Assembly: GCA_003556225.1 (NCBI GenBank)
Contig: PWRN01000063.1
Location: 4,060 to 68,059, forward strand
Source: Syntrophomonadaceae bacterium
GTDB lineage: Bacteria > Bacillota > Dethiobacteria > DTU022 > UBA8154
Direction: 5' to 3'
DNA length: 64,000 nucleotides
Below the pieces are notes generated by a model. It saw only the letters and a list, made by a program, of their open reading frames with translations, was not told where the DNA came from and ran no database searches. This document shows positions 41,109 to 52,200 of the stretch, piece after piece; positions within the stretch are counted from its first letter, which is position 1, and every line of letters begins with the position of its first letter. A program made the position numbers and the translations under genes.

Positions 41109-42128
41109 TTATATTTTTTGCAGTTGATTTACAATCTGCTCCAGGATAGCTATGGTCCGGGAGTATTCCATGCGGGTAGGTCCCAGGACCCCGATCGTTC
41201 CCACGACCTCTTTGCCCAGGCAGTACGTAGCAATCACGAGGCTGCACTCCTGCACTTCCTCCAGCATATTCTCCCGGCCGATACGCACGGTAATGCCGTC
41301 GATCCCCGCCACGGGCCGGGCCAACAGGTTGGCCAGAAGTGCGTTTTGCTCAAAGAGGGAGAGGAGAGCTCTGACCTTCTCCAGATCCCCAAATTCAGGC
41401 TGGCTCAAGATATTTGTCGTCCCTCCCAAAAAAACCCGCCTTTCATCCTCGGCCAGGCTTTCCTCTAATAGCGTGAAGGTCTCCTCCAAAAACTTAATAT
41501 GGTGATAAAGATCCCGGCGAAGCTCGCTGATCAACCTGGACGTAAGCTTATCAATCGTCAGACCCTCCAGGCGGCGATTCAGGTAAGAAACGATCCGGTT
41601 CAGCTCTCCCGATGAAAGGGTTTGCGGGTAGTGGATGACTTTATTTTTCACAAAGCCGGTGTCGGCAACCAGCAAAAGCAGCGCCCGCTGGTTATCGAAG
41701 GGCATGATTTGCAGTTTCTTGAAAGCGCTTTTCTTCAACTGCGGCCCGATGACCAGTGAAGTGTAATTGGTCAGCGAAGATAAAAGATTGGTCGTATACT
41801 TGATGATTTCTTCGATTTCCCGGATTTTTTCAAATTCGTATACTTGCTTAATTTTATCCTTTTCACTTTCTTCCAGGTCTGCTGTTTCCATGAGCTCATC
41901 TACGTAGTAGCGGTAACCTTTCTGTGTCGGGATCCGGCCGGCCGAGGTGTGAGGTTGGAGCAGGTAGCCCATTTCTTCCAGGTCTGCCATATCATTGCGG
42001 ATGGTCGCAGGGCTTAAGCCCACCTGGTAGCGCCTGGAAATTGTCCTGGAGCCCACAGGTTGAGCCATCTTGATATAGTCTGTCACCACGGCCTGCAAAA
42101 TATCTTTTTTGCGTGAGCTAAGCCCCAT
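41109..42128 (-). CDS. hrcA: heat-inducible transcription repressor HrcA
   Basis: N-terminal wHTH SRKKDILQAVVTDYI..PVGSR; start MGLSS (ATG 42128) with GGGGGT SD. Confidence 0.9.
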   Translation of the reverse strand: MGLSSRKKDILQAVVTDYIKMAQPVGSRTISRRYQVGLSPATIRNDMADLEEMGYLLQPHTSAGRIPTQKGYRYYVDELMETADLEESEKDKIKQVYEFEKIREIEEIIKYTTNLLSSLTNYTSLVIGPQLKKSAFKKLQIMPFDNQRALLLLVADTGFVKNKVIHYPQTLSSGELNRIVSYLNRRLEGLTIDKLTSRLISELRRDLYHHIKFLEETFTLLEESLAEDERRVFLGGTTNILSQPEFGDLEKVRALLSLFEQNALLANLLARPVAGIDGITVRIGRENMLEEVQECSLVIATYCLGKEVVGTIGVLGPTRMEYSRTIAILEQIVNQLQKI

Positions 42129-42149
42129 GATCGTACCCCCTTGCATGAA

Positions 42150-42176
42150 TTAGCACTCTAACCTCGAGAGTGCTAA
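42150..42176. promoter_or_regulatory. CIRCE operator (TTAGCACTC-N9-GAGTGCTAA), perfect match
   Basis: exact consensus inverted repeat 22-48 nt upstream of hrcA start. Confidence 0.9.
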
Positions 42177-42187
42177 CCGTCCTTCTT

Positions 42188-42217
42188 AAAGATACCATCG
42201 GGCTGATCATTTGTCAA
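42188..42217 (-). promoter_or_regulatory. sigma-A promoter of hrcA-grpE-dnaK-dnaJ operon (TTGACA-17-TATCTT) immediately upstream of CIRCE
   Basis: hexamers read on minus strand. Confidence 0.5.
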
Positions 42218-42267
42218 GTTTCTACTAACATATTTTTGCTTTTTCCTTCCTTCCGCCTCACCGGTCC

Positions 42268-44070
42268 TCACTGCTCCCCGTCCAGCTGCAGTACGGCCAT
42301 AAACGCTTCCTGGGGGATGGTCACCCGCCCCACCAGCTTCATGCGCTTCTTCCCCGCTTTTTGCTTCTCTAAAAGCTTGCGCTTCCGGGTTACATCTCCA
42401 CCGTAGAGGTTTTCCACCACGTTTTTCCTGAGGGCCTTGATGGTCTCCCGGGCAACGGGGCGGCTGCCGATCACGGCCTGGATGGCGATGTCGAACATGT
42501 GGCGCTGGATCACCTCTTTGAGGCGTTGGATTACCTCTCGCCCCCGGTAATAGGCCTTCTCGCGGTGAGCAATAAACGAAAGTGCGTCCACCGGTTCATT
42601 GTTCACGTGAATATCGACCTTGACCAGGTCTGACTCCCGGTATCCCTTGTGCTGGTAATCGAAGGACGCATAACCCCGGGTGCGGGATTTCAGCTGGTCA
42701 TAGAAATCGTAGATAATCTCCCCCAGGGGCAGGGCATAAACCAGCAAAACGCGATCCGTGTTGAGGTACTGCATGTCCCTGTACTCCCCCCGTTTTTGCT
42801 GACAGAGCTCCATCACGGGCCCGATATAGTGTTGGGGCACCATAAAGGTTCCCTCGATAAAGGGTTCCTCTATACGCTCAATGGCGCCAGCAAGAGGAAA
42901 GTTGGCGGGATTTTCGATGTGTTTTTTTTCGCCCTGGCGCGTTACCACCTGGTAAATCACGTTGGGAGCCGTGGTGATTAGTTCCAGGTCGTATTCCCTT
43001 TCCAGCCGCTCTTTGACGATTTCCATGTGCAAAAGGCCCAAAAACCCACAACGGAAACCAAATCCCAGGGCGGAAGAATTTTCCATTTCGAAAAACAAGG
43101 AAGCATCATTAAGCTGAAGCTTTTCCAACCCTTCCCGCAGGTCCACGTAGCGGTCATTGTCCACGGGATAAAGACCACAAAATACCACGGGATTCATGGG
43201 GTGATATCCCGGCAAAGCTGCTTGTGCCGGATTCCGGGTGGACGTGATGGTATCACCCACGCGGGAATCCTGGACGCGCTTGACCCCGGCAACCACGTAA
43301 CCTACCTGGCCGGCGAAAAGGCTTGCTTCAGGTGTCATGGCCGGGCGAAAGACGCCAACCTCCGAGACCTCAAATTGCTTGCCGCTGTGCATCATGCTGA
43401 TTTCCATGCCCCGGGAAACTTGCCCTTCGCGAAGGCGAACGTACGTGATCACACCCCTATACAGGTCGTAATGGGAATCGAAGATCAGGCCCCGCAGCGG
43501 CGCCTGCTCATCTCCCGAGGGTGCGGGGATGCGGTGAATGATCGCTCCCAGCACCTGGTCGATGTTCAATTTTTCCTTGGCGGAAATCATTAAGGCCTCC
43601 CGGCCGTCGATCCCTAACAGGTTTTCCAGGTCAGCCTTGACCTTTTCCGGGTCTGCATTGGGAAGGTCGATCTTGTTGATCACCGGGATGATCTCCAGGT
43701 TGTGCTCCAGGGCCAGGTATACATTGGCCAGGGTTTGGGCTTCGATGCCCTGGGCTGCATCCACCACCAGCAGAGCCCCTTCACAGGCAGCCATGCTCCG
43801 GGAAACCTCGTAGGTAAAGTCCACGTGTCCTGGGGTATCAATCAGGTTCAGCATATAGCGTCGGCCGCCACTTTCGTAAAACAGGCGCACAGCCTGCATC
43901 TTGATCGTGATCCCCCGCTCCCTTTCCAGGTCCATGGAATCCAGGTACTGCTCCTTCATCTCCCGCTGGCTGATGGAATGGGTGCTTTCCAGGATCCGGT
44001 CAGCCAGGGTAGATTTGCCGTGATCGATATGGGCAATGATGGAAAAGTTGCGGATGTCGCTTTGCTTCAA
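42268..44070 (-). CDS. lepA: elongation factor 4 (LepA)
   Basis: 600 aa; [10 protein letters not shown]1, DTPGH G3, NKID G4, LepA C-terminal domain; TTG start with GGAGAGGAG SD. Confidence 0.9.
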   Translation of the reverse strand: MKQSDIRNFSIIAHIDHGKSTLADRILESTHSISQREMKEQYLDSMDLERERGITIKMQAVRLFYESGGRRYMLNLIDTPGHVDFTYEVSRSMAACEGALLVVDAAQGIEAQTLANVYLALEHNLEIIPVINKIDLPNADPEKVKADLENLLGIDGREALMISAKEKLNIDQVLGAIIHRIPAPSGDEQAPLRGLIFDSHYDLYRGVITYVRLREGQVSRGMEISMMHSGKQFEVSEVGVFRPAMTPEASLFAGQVGYVVAGVKRVQDSRVGDTITSTRNPAQAALPGYHPMNPVVFCGLYPVDNDRYVDLREGLEKLQLNDASLFFEMENSSALGFGFRCGFLGLLHMEIVKERLEREYDLELITTAPNVIYQVVTRQGEKKHIENPANFPLAGAIERIEEPFIEGTFMVPQHYIGPVMELCQQKRGEYRDMQYLNTDRVLLVYALPLGEIIYDFYDQLKSRTRGYASFDYQHKGYRESDLVKVDIHVNNEPVDALSFIAHREKAYYRGREVIQRLKEVIQRHMFDIAIQAVIGSRPVARETIKALRKNVVENLYGGDVTRKRKLLEKQKAGKKRMKLVGRVTIPQEAFMAVLQLDGEQ

Positions 44071-44139
44071 AAGGAAATCTCCTCTCCAGTTTCAGGGAAA
44101 TAAAGGTTTATGCCCGGGCAAGCTGGATCATTAATAAAA

Positions 44140-44168
44140 ATTATATCACCTGGCCCCAGGAGTGACAA
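44140..44168 (-). promoter_or_regulatory. sigma-A promoter upstream of lepA (TTGTCA-17-TATAAT)
   Basis: hexamers read on minus strand, ~63-nt leader. Confidence 0.5.
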
Positions 44169-44215
44169 GGTAAATGCCCGCCGATCCTTGCTGCGGTTCC
44201 ACGGCGATTTTGCAG

Positions 44216-44262
44216 AAAACAAAAAACCCCTTTCCGCCATACCCCGGCTCAGGAGCCCGGCA
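44216..44262 (-). terminator. possible terminator after the nifU-like gene (imperfect GC stem then GGGGTTTTTTGTTTTC)
   Basis: T-rich run on minus strand after bulged CCGGGCTC/GAGCCGGG stem; weak. Confidence 0.3.
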
Positions 44263-44295
44263 TCAAGGGGATTCATCTCGACGTTTTCCAGCCTG

Positions 44296-44670
44296 TCAGT
44301 TGGAAGCAGCCCTGCTCTTGTAATCCTCTATGGCATTGTGCAGGGCGTCGGCCGCCAGGTTGGAACAATGAAGCTTCGCCGGCGGCAGCCCTTCCAGTTC
44401 ATCGGCAACACGTTGATTGGTTATCGCTTCTGCCTCCTGGAGAGTCTTTCCTTTCACCATCTCCGTGAGCACACTGCTGCTGGCGATGGCCGCGCCGCAG
44501 CCGAAGGTCAAAAACTTGATATCCTCGATCACATCATCTTTGACCTTGATGTAGATCTTCATGATGTCCCCGCATTTCATATTCCCGACTTCTCCGACAC
44601 CGCTGGGGCTGTTCATCTCTCCCACGTTGCGGGGATTTTGAAAGTGATCCATTACTTTTTCATTGTACAT
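44296..44670 (-). CDS. NifU/IscU-type Fe-S cluster scaffold
   Basis: 124 aa; GEVGNMKCGD, FGCGAAIASS, HCSNLAADAL (three conserved Cys). Confidence 0.85.
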   Translation of the reverse strand: MYNEKVMDHFQNPRNVGEMNSPSGVGEVGNMKCGDIMKIYIKVKDDVIEDIKFLTFGCGAAIASSSVLTEMVKGKTLQEAEAITNQRVADELEGLPPAKLHCSNLAADALHNAIEDYKSRAASN

Positions 44671-44718
44671 GGTTTCCCCTCCCCCGACATTTTAGCACTG
44701 GCAGTCCTTTCTCTGCAA

Positions 44719-45897
44719 CTATTTCTTAAAGACTGAAGACATCTTCCTGAGCCTGGTCACGGTTTCCTTGTAAACCTCCACGACGTAATCCACCTGTTCT
44801 TCCGTGTTGCTTTCCCCCAGGCTTAAGCGCAGCGAGCCGTGGGCCGTTTGGTGGTCCAGGCCTATGGCCATGAGGACGTGTGAGGGGTCCAGGGACCCCG
44901 AGGTGCATGCCGAACCGCTGGAAGCGGCAATTCCCTTTATATCCAGGCTTAAGAGCAAAGATTCCCCCTCCACATACAGGGCACTGACATTCACGTTCCC
45001 GGGCAGCCGCTGGGAGGGATGACCGTTAAGCAGAACATCATCTATTTCCAGCAGGCCGTCAATAAGTTTGTCGCGCAGCTTGATGAGCTTTTGTTTTTTC
45101 CCCTCGATATCCGCACAGGCCAGCTCAATAGCCCGACCCAGCCCCACGATTCCCGGAAGGTTCTCGGTTCCCGGCCGCAGCTTCCTTTCCTGGCCGCCGC
45201 CAAAAACCAGTTGTTCCAACCGGGTCTTTTTACGGATATACAAAGCCCCCACTCCCTTGGGGCCATAAAATTTGTGCGCGGAGAGAGAAAGCATATCAAT
45301 GGGTTGATCCTGCAGTTGGAAGTGCATATGCCCGATAGACTGCACGGCATCGGTATGGAAATAAACCTCTTTGTCCCTGCAGATCCGTCCCAGTTCTTCA
45401 ATGGGTTGAATCGTGCCGATCTCGTTATTGGCCGTCATGATGGAAACAAGGATAGTGTCAGCGGTAATCGCTTTTTGGAGATCCTGGGGATCAACCATGC
45501 CGTACTGATCCACGGGCAAAATCGTGACATCAAATCCATTTTTCCCCAGGTGCATGACCGTATCCAGCACGGCGTGATGCTCAATGGCGCTGGTAATAAT
45601 ATGGCGTCCCTTGTTTTCCAGGGCCCTGGCCGCCCCCTGGATGGCCAGGTTATCTGACTCGGTTCCACCCGAGGTAAAGATGATTTCTTCCGGCTGCGCT
45701 CCCAGGGAAGCCGCCACCTTGCGGCGCGCTTCGTCCAGACCCTTCCTGGATTCTCTCCCAAAGGCGTGAATACTGGAAGGGTTGCCAAAATGCCCCTTCA
45801 AGTACGGGAGCATCGCCTCCAGCACTTCTTCTTTCATGGGAGTGGTCGCACCGTGATCCAGGTATATCTTATCCACGGAAATAGCCTCCTTTGACAC
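44719..45897 (-). CDS. cysteine desulfurase (NifS/IscS class, PLP-dependent)
   Basis: 392 aa; PLP lysine region SAHKFYGPKG, catalytic SSGSACTSG loop. Confidence 0.85.
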   Translation of the reverse strand: MSKEAISVDKIYLDHGATTPMKEEVLEAMLPYLKGHFGNPSSIHAFGRESRKGLDEARRKVAASLGAQPEEIIFTSGGTESDNLAIQGAARALENKGRHIITSAIEHHAVLDTVMHLGKNGFDVTILPVDQYGMVDPQDLQKAITADTILVSIMTANNEIGTIQPIEELGRICRDKEVYFHTDAVQSIGHMHFQLQDQPIDMLSLSAHKFYGPKGVGALYIRKKTRLEQLVFGGGQERKLRPGTENLPGIVGLGRAIELACADIEGKKQKLIKLRDKLIDGLLEIDDVLLNGHPSQRLPGNVNVSALYVEGESLLLSLDIKGIAASSGSACTSGSLDPSHVLMAIGLDHQTAHGSLRLSLGESNTEEQVDYVVEVYKETVTRLRKMSSVFKK

Positions 45898-45936
45898 AAT
45901 TTTTCGAGCAAACAGGGAGATACAACTTGCTGCACC

Positions 45937-46335
45937 TTACTCGCCGTATGCGATGGCCTTGGCGATGGCATAAGAGCCATCATGGGACATGGAAACTTCG
46001 ACACCCTTGATGCCGGTGTTTTCTGCCCAGCGGGCGGCCGAACCCCGTAAAACCACGCGGGGTTTCCCTCTATTACCGGGAACAATTTCCATTTCACACC
46101 AGCGGATCACCCCGATACCGCAGCCCAGCGCCTTGGCCACAGCCTCTTTGGCCGCGAAGCGGGCTGCCATGGAAGGCAGTGGATTTCCCTTTTGCATGAT
46201 CATCTCTATTTCCTGTGGGGTAAAAATCTTCTTGAGAAAACGTTCCGGCCTGCGTCGATATACACGAGCGATACGTCTAATCCTGATCAGATCAATGCCT
46301 ACACCTTTGACCAGCAAAAACAGTCTGTGCTTCAT
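45937..46335 (-). CDS. acpS: holo-[acyl-carrier-protein] synthase (4'-phosphopantetheinyl transferase AcpS)
   Basis: GIDLIRI, RFAAKEAVAKALGCGIG, GKP, SMSHD motifs; start MKHRLF (ATG 46335) with GGGAG SD. Confidence 0.75.
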   Translation of the reverse strand: MKHRLFLLVKGVGIDLIRIRRIARVYRRRPERFLKKIFTPQEIEMIMQKGNPLPSMAARFAAKEAVAKALGCGIGVIRWCEMEIVPGNRGKPRVVLRGSAARWAENTGIKGVEVSMSHDGSYAIAKAIAYGE

Positions 46336-46412
46336 CGCTTTCTCCCTTCCACAGCAGAAAATTGTCTCGGTGGTTGAAGTTTTTGATAAGCTGCGGCGCT
46401 TCGGTGAAAAGA

Positions 46413-46440
46413 TTATAACTGACCTCGGAAAATAATGCAA
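46413..46440 (-). promoter_or_regulatory. near-consensus sigma-A promoter (TTGCAT-17-TATAAT) for acpS
   Basis: hexamers read on minus strand ~70 nt upstream of acpS start. Confidence 0.5.
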
Positions 46441-46653
46441 TGCTTTCAGAAAAATGAGGCATGCAGAGAATGAGGCAAGAAAATAAGCAGCCCGCTGCTG
46501 CAAACTGAAAGATAAATCCCCCGCCACGTGAAGCACAGGTAAACCGGGGCACCGGTAAAGTGATTTGGTTTAACCTTCAGGCATGTCATGATCAGGCAGC
46601 CCGCGCTGCAAGCTCGACTTACGCAGTGCCGCCGGGAAAAGTCGCCCGAAAGG

Positions 46654-48747
46654 TTATTCCAGGTTTTCTGTCCCCTTTTTTGCTCTTTCCAGCTCCAGCG
46701 CCAGTTGGTTAAGATTTGTAATGGGCGCCTGGCAGGCATAATCCTGGCAAATATATACAGCGGGCCGGCCGTTGATCGGATCTTTATCCGCCAGGTAGGG
46801 AGAGATGCCATCCAGGACCGCTGCATTCTTCTGGTCGCGCAGCATAAAAACCCGGCGGGGCGAAAAATGCCGGGCCACAGACCGCACCATCTTCATGGTG
46901 TCCGGCTCTTCACGATCCCCGGCAATCACCACCTGCTGCACCGGGCCGATGGCCAGGTCCAGGGCACACAACATGGCCGTAAAGTTGAAAGGGTTTTGTT
47001 GAAGCAGGCTGGAAAAACTGTCCATCAACTGGTGGGCCTTTCTTTCCATGGCGTTGTCCGCCGTATAATGCGCGATCTTGAGCATGTTCACAGCCGCGAC
47101 AGAATTGCCCGAAGGGACGGCGCCGTCAAAGGCCTCCCGGGTCCTGAACGGAAGCTCCGAGTCCGCAGAAGAGGTAAAATACAACCCGCCTTTTTCCGGG
47201 TCCCAAAACAGGTCCAACATTTTCGCGTTTAGGGCGATTGCTTGCCGTAAATATTCCGGGTCATGGACCGTTTCAAAAAGCTCCAGCAACCCTGCTGCCA
47301 GAAAAGCGTAATCTTCTAAAAATCCCGGTATGGCGGCTTCACCTTCCCTGTAACGGTGCAAAAGCGTCCCGTCATCCCGGCGCATTTCTTGGAGGAGAAA
47401 GTCCGCCGCCCGTTGGGCCTGCCGGGCGTAAATCTCGGCCTTGAGCGCCCGGGCACCGGCGGCCAGCGCAGCGATCATCAACCCGTTCCAGGAGACCAGG
47501 ACCTTGTCGTCGAGGGAGGGGCGCTCCCGGACAGCCCGGGCCTGGAGCAGGATCTGGCGGGATTCTTCCAGCAAGAAATGCCACTGGCGAGGTTGGATGT
47601 TGTGCCGGGCAGTAAATTCGTCTTCCGGCAGGGGCACGTGAAGCACGTTGGTCCCGTTTTCAAAGTTTCCCTGCTCCGTCACACCGAAATAGGACGCCAT
47701 TAATGCACCCCTCTCCGCTCCCAGCAGGTCCAGTATTTCCTGGCGGGTCCAGACGTAGTACTTGCCTTCCACGCCTTCGCTTTCAGCGTTTTCCGCGGAA
47801 TAGAATCCTCCTTCCGGCGCTTCCAGCTCTCCCAGCACGTAGGTGAAAACCTTATGGGCGGTCTCCTCGAAACTCTTGGTTCCCGTGGCCAGGTATGCTT
47901 CTACGTATGCCCGGGAGAGCAGGGCCTGGTCATAGAGCATTTTTTCAAAATGGGGAACGAGCCACTTTTCGTCCACGGAATAACGATGGAAACCATAACC
48001 CAGGTGATCCATGATGCCGCCGCGCTGGATCTGCTCCAAACTGTGACGAACCATCCTCAAGGCCTCCTGGTCTCCGCTGCGATCCCACCAGCGGAGCAAA
48101 AAAGAAAATACGTGGGGCATGGGAAACTTGGGCGCTCCACCCAATCCCCCGTGTTCCTCGTCATACTTTCCTTTCAGCTCTGCGGCCGCTTTTTGCAATG
48201 TGCCCGTCACCAGGGTTCCCGGCTGTATTTCTCCACCCCGTTCCCATCCTTGCAAGGCCTGGAGCATTTCCATCCCCTGCTTTTCCAGCTGTTCCCGGTC
48301 CTGCAGCCAGATCTGGGAAACCTTATCCAGGATTTCCATTAGCCCCGGGATGTTGTATTTGCGCTCCTTGGGGAAATACGTGCCGGCAAAGAAAGGAACC
48401 TTTTCCGGGGTCATGATCACGGTCAGGGGCCATCCACCCTGTCCTGTCAGGGCCTGGCAAACCTTCATGTAGAGGGCATCCACATCGGGGCGCTCTTCCC
48501 GGTCAACCTTGACCGCAACGAAATCGCGGTTCAGCCGGGCCGCAACCTCCGCATCCTCAAAAGATTCCCTGGCCATGTTATGACACCAGTGACAGGTACT
48601 GTAACCTACACTGAGGAAAACCGGCTTGTCTTCCTTTTTTGCCTTCTCAAAGGCCTCCTGACCCCAGGGGTACCAGTCCACCGGGTTATAGGCGTGCTGC
48701 AAAAGGTATGGACTCTTCTCCTCCAGGAGCCTGTTGGGTTGACCCAT
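46654..48747 (-). CDS. DUF255 thioredoxin-domain protein with C-terminal (alpha/alpha)6 barrel (YyaL-like)
   Basis: 697 aa; N-terminal WYPWGQEAF...[17 protein letters not shown] thioredoxin-like CxxC. Confidence 0.8.
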   Translation of the reverse strand: MGQPNRLLEEKSPYLLQHAYNPVDWYPWGQEAFEKAKKEDKPVFLSVGYSTCHWCHNMARESFEDAEVAARLNRDFVAVKVDREERPDVDALYMKVCQALTGQGGWPLTVIMTPEKVPFFAGTYFPKERKYNIPGLMEILDKVSQIWLQDREQLEKQGMEMLQALQGWERGGEIQPGTLVTGTLQKAAAELKGKYDEEHGGLGGAPKFPMPHVFSFLLRWWDRSGDQEALRMVRHSLEQIQRGGIMDHLGYGFHRYSVDEKWLVPHFEKMLYDQALLSRAYVEAYLATGTKSFEETAHKVFTYVLGELEAPEGGFYSAENAESEGVEGKYYVWTRQEILDLLGAERGALMASYFGVTEQGNFENGTNVLHVPLPEDEFTARHNIQPRQWHFLLEESRQILLQARAVRERPSLDDKVLVSWNGLMIAALAAGARALKAEIYARQAQRAADFLLQEMRRDDGTLLHRYREGEAAIPGFLEDYAFLAAGLLELFETVHDPEYLRQAIALNAKMLDLFWDPEKGGLYFTSSADSELPFRTREAFDGAVPSGNSVAAVNMLKIAHYTADNAMERKAHQLMDSFSSLLQQNPFNFTAMLCALDLAIGPVQQVVIAGDREEPDTMKMVRSVARHFSPRRVFMLRDQKNAAVLDGISPYLADKDPINGRPAVYICQDYACQAPITNLNQLALELERAKKGTENLE

Positions 48748-48994
48748 GGGTTTAATAAAGCATCACATCCTTCTATATATTTAAGATATTTAAGGACTTT
48801 GCCTTATTTTCATATTCTACCACAATTGCAGGAAGAAAAAAAAACCCTTTTCACGGTTCTCTTGTACGTTGAGCACACGCAAACGGTTTCAGCAGGGAAA
48901 AATTTTGTTTTTTTCAGATAATTTGCAGGGTATTGAGGGCAGTTTGTCGAATATATTTGGTTAGGGTAAGTATAAGAAACTCGAGGTGAGTGTG

Positions 48995-49246
48995 ATGGTG
49001 ACGAAAAGCATTCTCCAGGAGTTGGATCTTGGCAAAACATATACGGGTGAGCAGTTAAAACAGTTTATCGCTTACAACCGGGTCGGTTCCATCATCTTCT
49101 GCAAAGACACCCGGATCTGCAGCGTTGACCCCGAGGCTATTTTTGTCGTCGAGGAAATCCTCGAAGGTTACATCAATAAACGTCGGAATGATTATAAAAA
49201 CCATTACGATGCCAGGCAAAAAATTTACATCGTCTGCGAAAAATGA
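48995..49246 (+). CDS. hypothetical small protein (~83 aa), convergent with and overlapping 3' end of the GH13-GH77 gene
   Basis: ATG 48995 with GAGGTGA SD 5 nt upstream; no recognisable motif. Confidence 0.35.
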   Translation: MVTKSILQELDLGKTYTGEQLKQFIAYNRVGSIIFCKDTRICSVDPEAIFVVEEILEGYINKRRNDYKNHYDARQKIYIVCEK

Positions 49247-52200
49247 TGCCGGCAGTACTGCCGGGTCAGGCCCAGCAACCTCTCTTGCGGAAGCCGATCC
49301 ATCTGTGCCGGTAATAGCCGCCAACCCCAGTTACCCCGGGCTGTGCCCGGGGTATTCATGTGGGCCTCACTTCCCAGCCCCAGCAAATCCTGCATGGGAA
49401 TAATCACCCGCTGCGCATCGCTGCCCATGGCCAGTTCAATATAATACCAGTTGATTTCCTCTTCCGCTGTCCCGGAGGGTCCCGCGCGGCCAGCGGCTTC
49501 AGCGATCTGCTGGTACCAGCCGAGCATGGTATCGTTGTCATGGGTTCCCGTGTAAAGGACCGTGTTTTTTTGGTAGAGGGGCAGGGAAAGCTTTTCTCCC
49601 GGGCTGCCCTCCAGCATAAACTGCATGACCATCATGCCCGGAAATCCTAACCTCACTTTCAAATCCTCTACCTCGGGCGTAATATGGCCCAAGTCTTCGG
49701 CAATCACGTCCAGGGGACCCAGTTCAGCCATGACCTGGCGGAAAAAGGGCTCCCCGGGTCCCTTGACCCACTGCCCGTTGACCGCCGATTCTTCACCCGC
49801 GGCCACTTCCCAAAAGGCTTCGAAGCCGCGAAAATGATCGATACGCATGAGATCCACCAGGCGGTTCAGCAGGGCAAAACGATCCTTCCACCAGCGGTAG
49901 CCATTCGCTTCCATTTCACCCCAGCGGTAGAGGGGGTTCCCCCACAGCTGCCCGTCTTCGCTGAAGTAATCCGGGGGCACGCCGGCGACCCTGGACGGGT
50001 TTCCTTTTTTGTCCAGGGCGAAGAGATCACGCCGGCTCCACACGTCGCTGCTGTCATGAGCCACGAAGATGGGCAGGTCGCCCACGATCCGGATCCCTTT
50101 TTCCCGGGCGTATTCTTTGAGGGCAAACCACTGCTGGAAAAAGATGTACTGCAGGAAGTGGTGGAAGGTCACTTCTTCTTGCAGTTTCTGCCGGTAGCGT
50201 TGCATGGCCGGGGGTTTCCGGAATGCTGCGGCCTTTTCCCACTGGTTCCAGGGTAACCCCTGGAAGTGATCCTTGAGGGCCATGAACAAAGCATAGTCCT
50301 CCAACCAGTGCCAATTTTCTCGGCAGAAGTTGTGGAAATCTTTTTTGTTGATTCCGCCAAGGGCAGTAAACCGGGTAAACGCCCGGCGCCAGAGCCCGGC
50401 TTTGTAGGTTTCAACTCTTGAAAAGTCTACCCTGTCATCCAGGAAAAGCGGCGGGTTTTCCAGGTCCTGCCGGGTCAGGAGTTGATCCCGAACCAGGGCC
50501 TCCGGGTCAATGAGCAGGGGATTGCCGGCAAAGGCCGAAAAACACTGGTAGGGAGAAAAACCCAAACCCGGAGGATTCAAGGGCAGGATCTGCCATAATC
50601 CCTGGCCGCTTGCCTGCAGAAAATCGATAAAGGCCCGGGCTTCACGGCCCAGCCCGCCGATGCCGTAGGCTGAGGGCAGCGAGGTAGGATGGAGCAAGAC
50701 CCCGCTTTCCCGCACCTCCTGGTGGTTTGATCCCCAGCGGTCCTTGAGCAACATGCGCCCTTCCAGGGGGTTGAGCGTCAATTCCAGACAGCCATCGCTT
50801 AGGGCTACTGCCTGGTAATCATTCAGCACATCTACAGCCGATTCCTCAAACCACCGGGACAGGTCCAGGGAAAGGTCTGCACTATTTTCCCAGCTGCGGT
50901 TAAATAAGAGCACTGCCGCGTTATTCTTTTTCACCTGATCAAACAGATCGGAACCGCCTTCGATCACCCGCAGGAACCCGTAGATATCTCCCCCGGCGTA
51001 TAAAATCTGCCAGCTGCCGGTTTGTAAAACGTCATAGTGATTGCGCAGGGCAATGACCGTTTTGAACCATTCCAGCAGCTCCCGGTTTTCCCTGCCCCAG
51101 GGATACGCCCTGCGGTTATCGGGATCTTCTCCCCCTTCCAGGCCGGCTTCGTCTCCGTAGTAGATGCAGGGAACCCCGGGGAAAGAGGCCTGCCACAGGG
51201 AAAACAAGCGCAGGCGCTCCGTGGCGATGCGTTCACTTTCTGGAGCAGCAAGAGTTTCCGGCAGGTTTTTGCCCAGTTCCGTCAGGATCCGGGGCACGTC
51301 ATGGCTGCCCGTCAGGTTCAGGGCGCTGTAAAAATGTTGACGGGGGTAATTTTCGTACAGGCTCATCAGGGACATGTGGGTGGCCCAGGGACTTGCTTCT
51401 TCCAGCAAATAGTTCAACAAAATGCGGCGGAGAGGATAGTTCGTGGTGGAGTCCAGCTCTTCTCCCAGCAGGTATTCTCGCCTTTCGCCATAGCTGACCT
51501 TGTTGGAAGCGTCTTCCCAGACCTCGCCGATGAGGACAGCATCCGGGTCCTGTTCTTTCGTGACGCGACGAAAATTTTTCACAAATTCTCCGGGCAGTTC
51601 GTCCACCACATCCAGCCGCCACCCCCGGGCGCCTTTCTTCTGCCAGTGCCGCAGCACACTGTCAGGGGCGAAAATGATAAAGTCCTGGTACGAGGACTCC
51701 AGTTCATTGACATTGGGCATGGTCTCGATCCCCCACCAGGACTCGTACTTGTGGGGGTAGTCGGTAAAACGATACCACGGAAAATAGGGGGAATCCGGGG
51801 ATTGGTACGCCCCCAGGGATGGATAGTTCCCTTCCCGGTTAAAATAGATGCTGTCGCTGCCCGTATGGCTGAAGACCCCGTCCAGGATCACGTGGAGGCC
51901 CATCTGCCGGGCTTCGGCGCACAGGGTTTCAAAGAGCTCCCCGGTCCCGTACATGGAATCGACGGTGTGGTAATCGGCGGTATCATACTTGTGATTGCTG
52001 GGGGCTTCAAAAATCGGATTTAAATAGATGGCGCGCACGCCCAGTGTTTTGAGATAGGAGAGCTTTTGCCTGAGGCCTTCCAGGTTCCCCCCGAAAAAGT
52101 CCCACCGCACGACTTTACCCGTTGCCATGTCCCGGATATAAACAGGATCATTTTCCCAGTATGCGTGGAGCAGGCTGTTTTTCTTGGGGTGGAGCACCTT

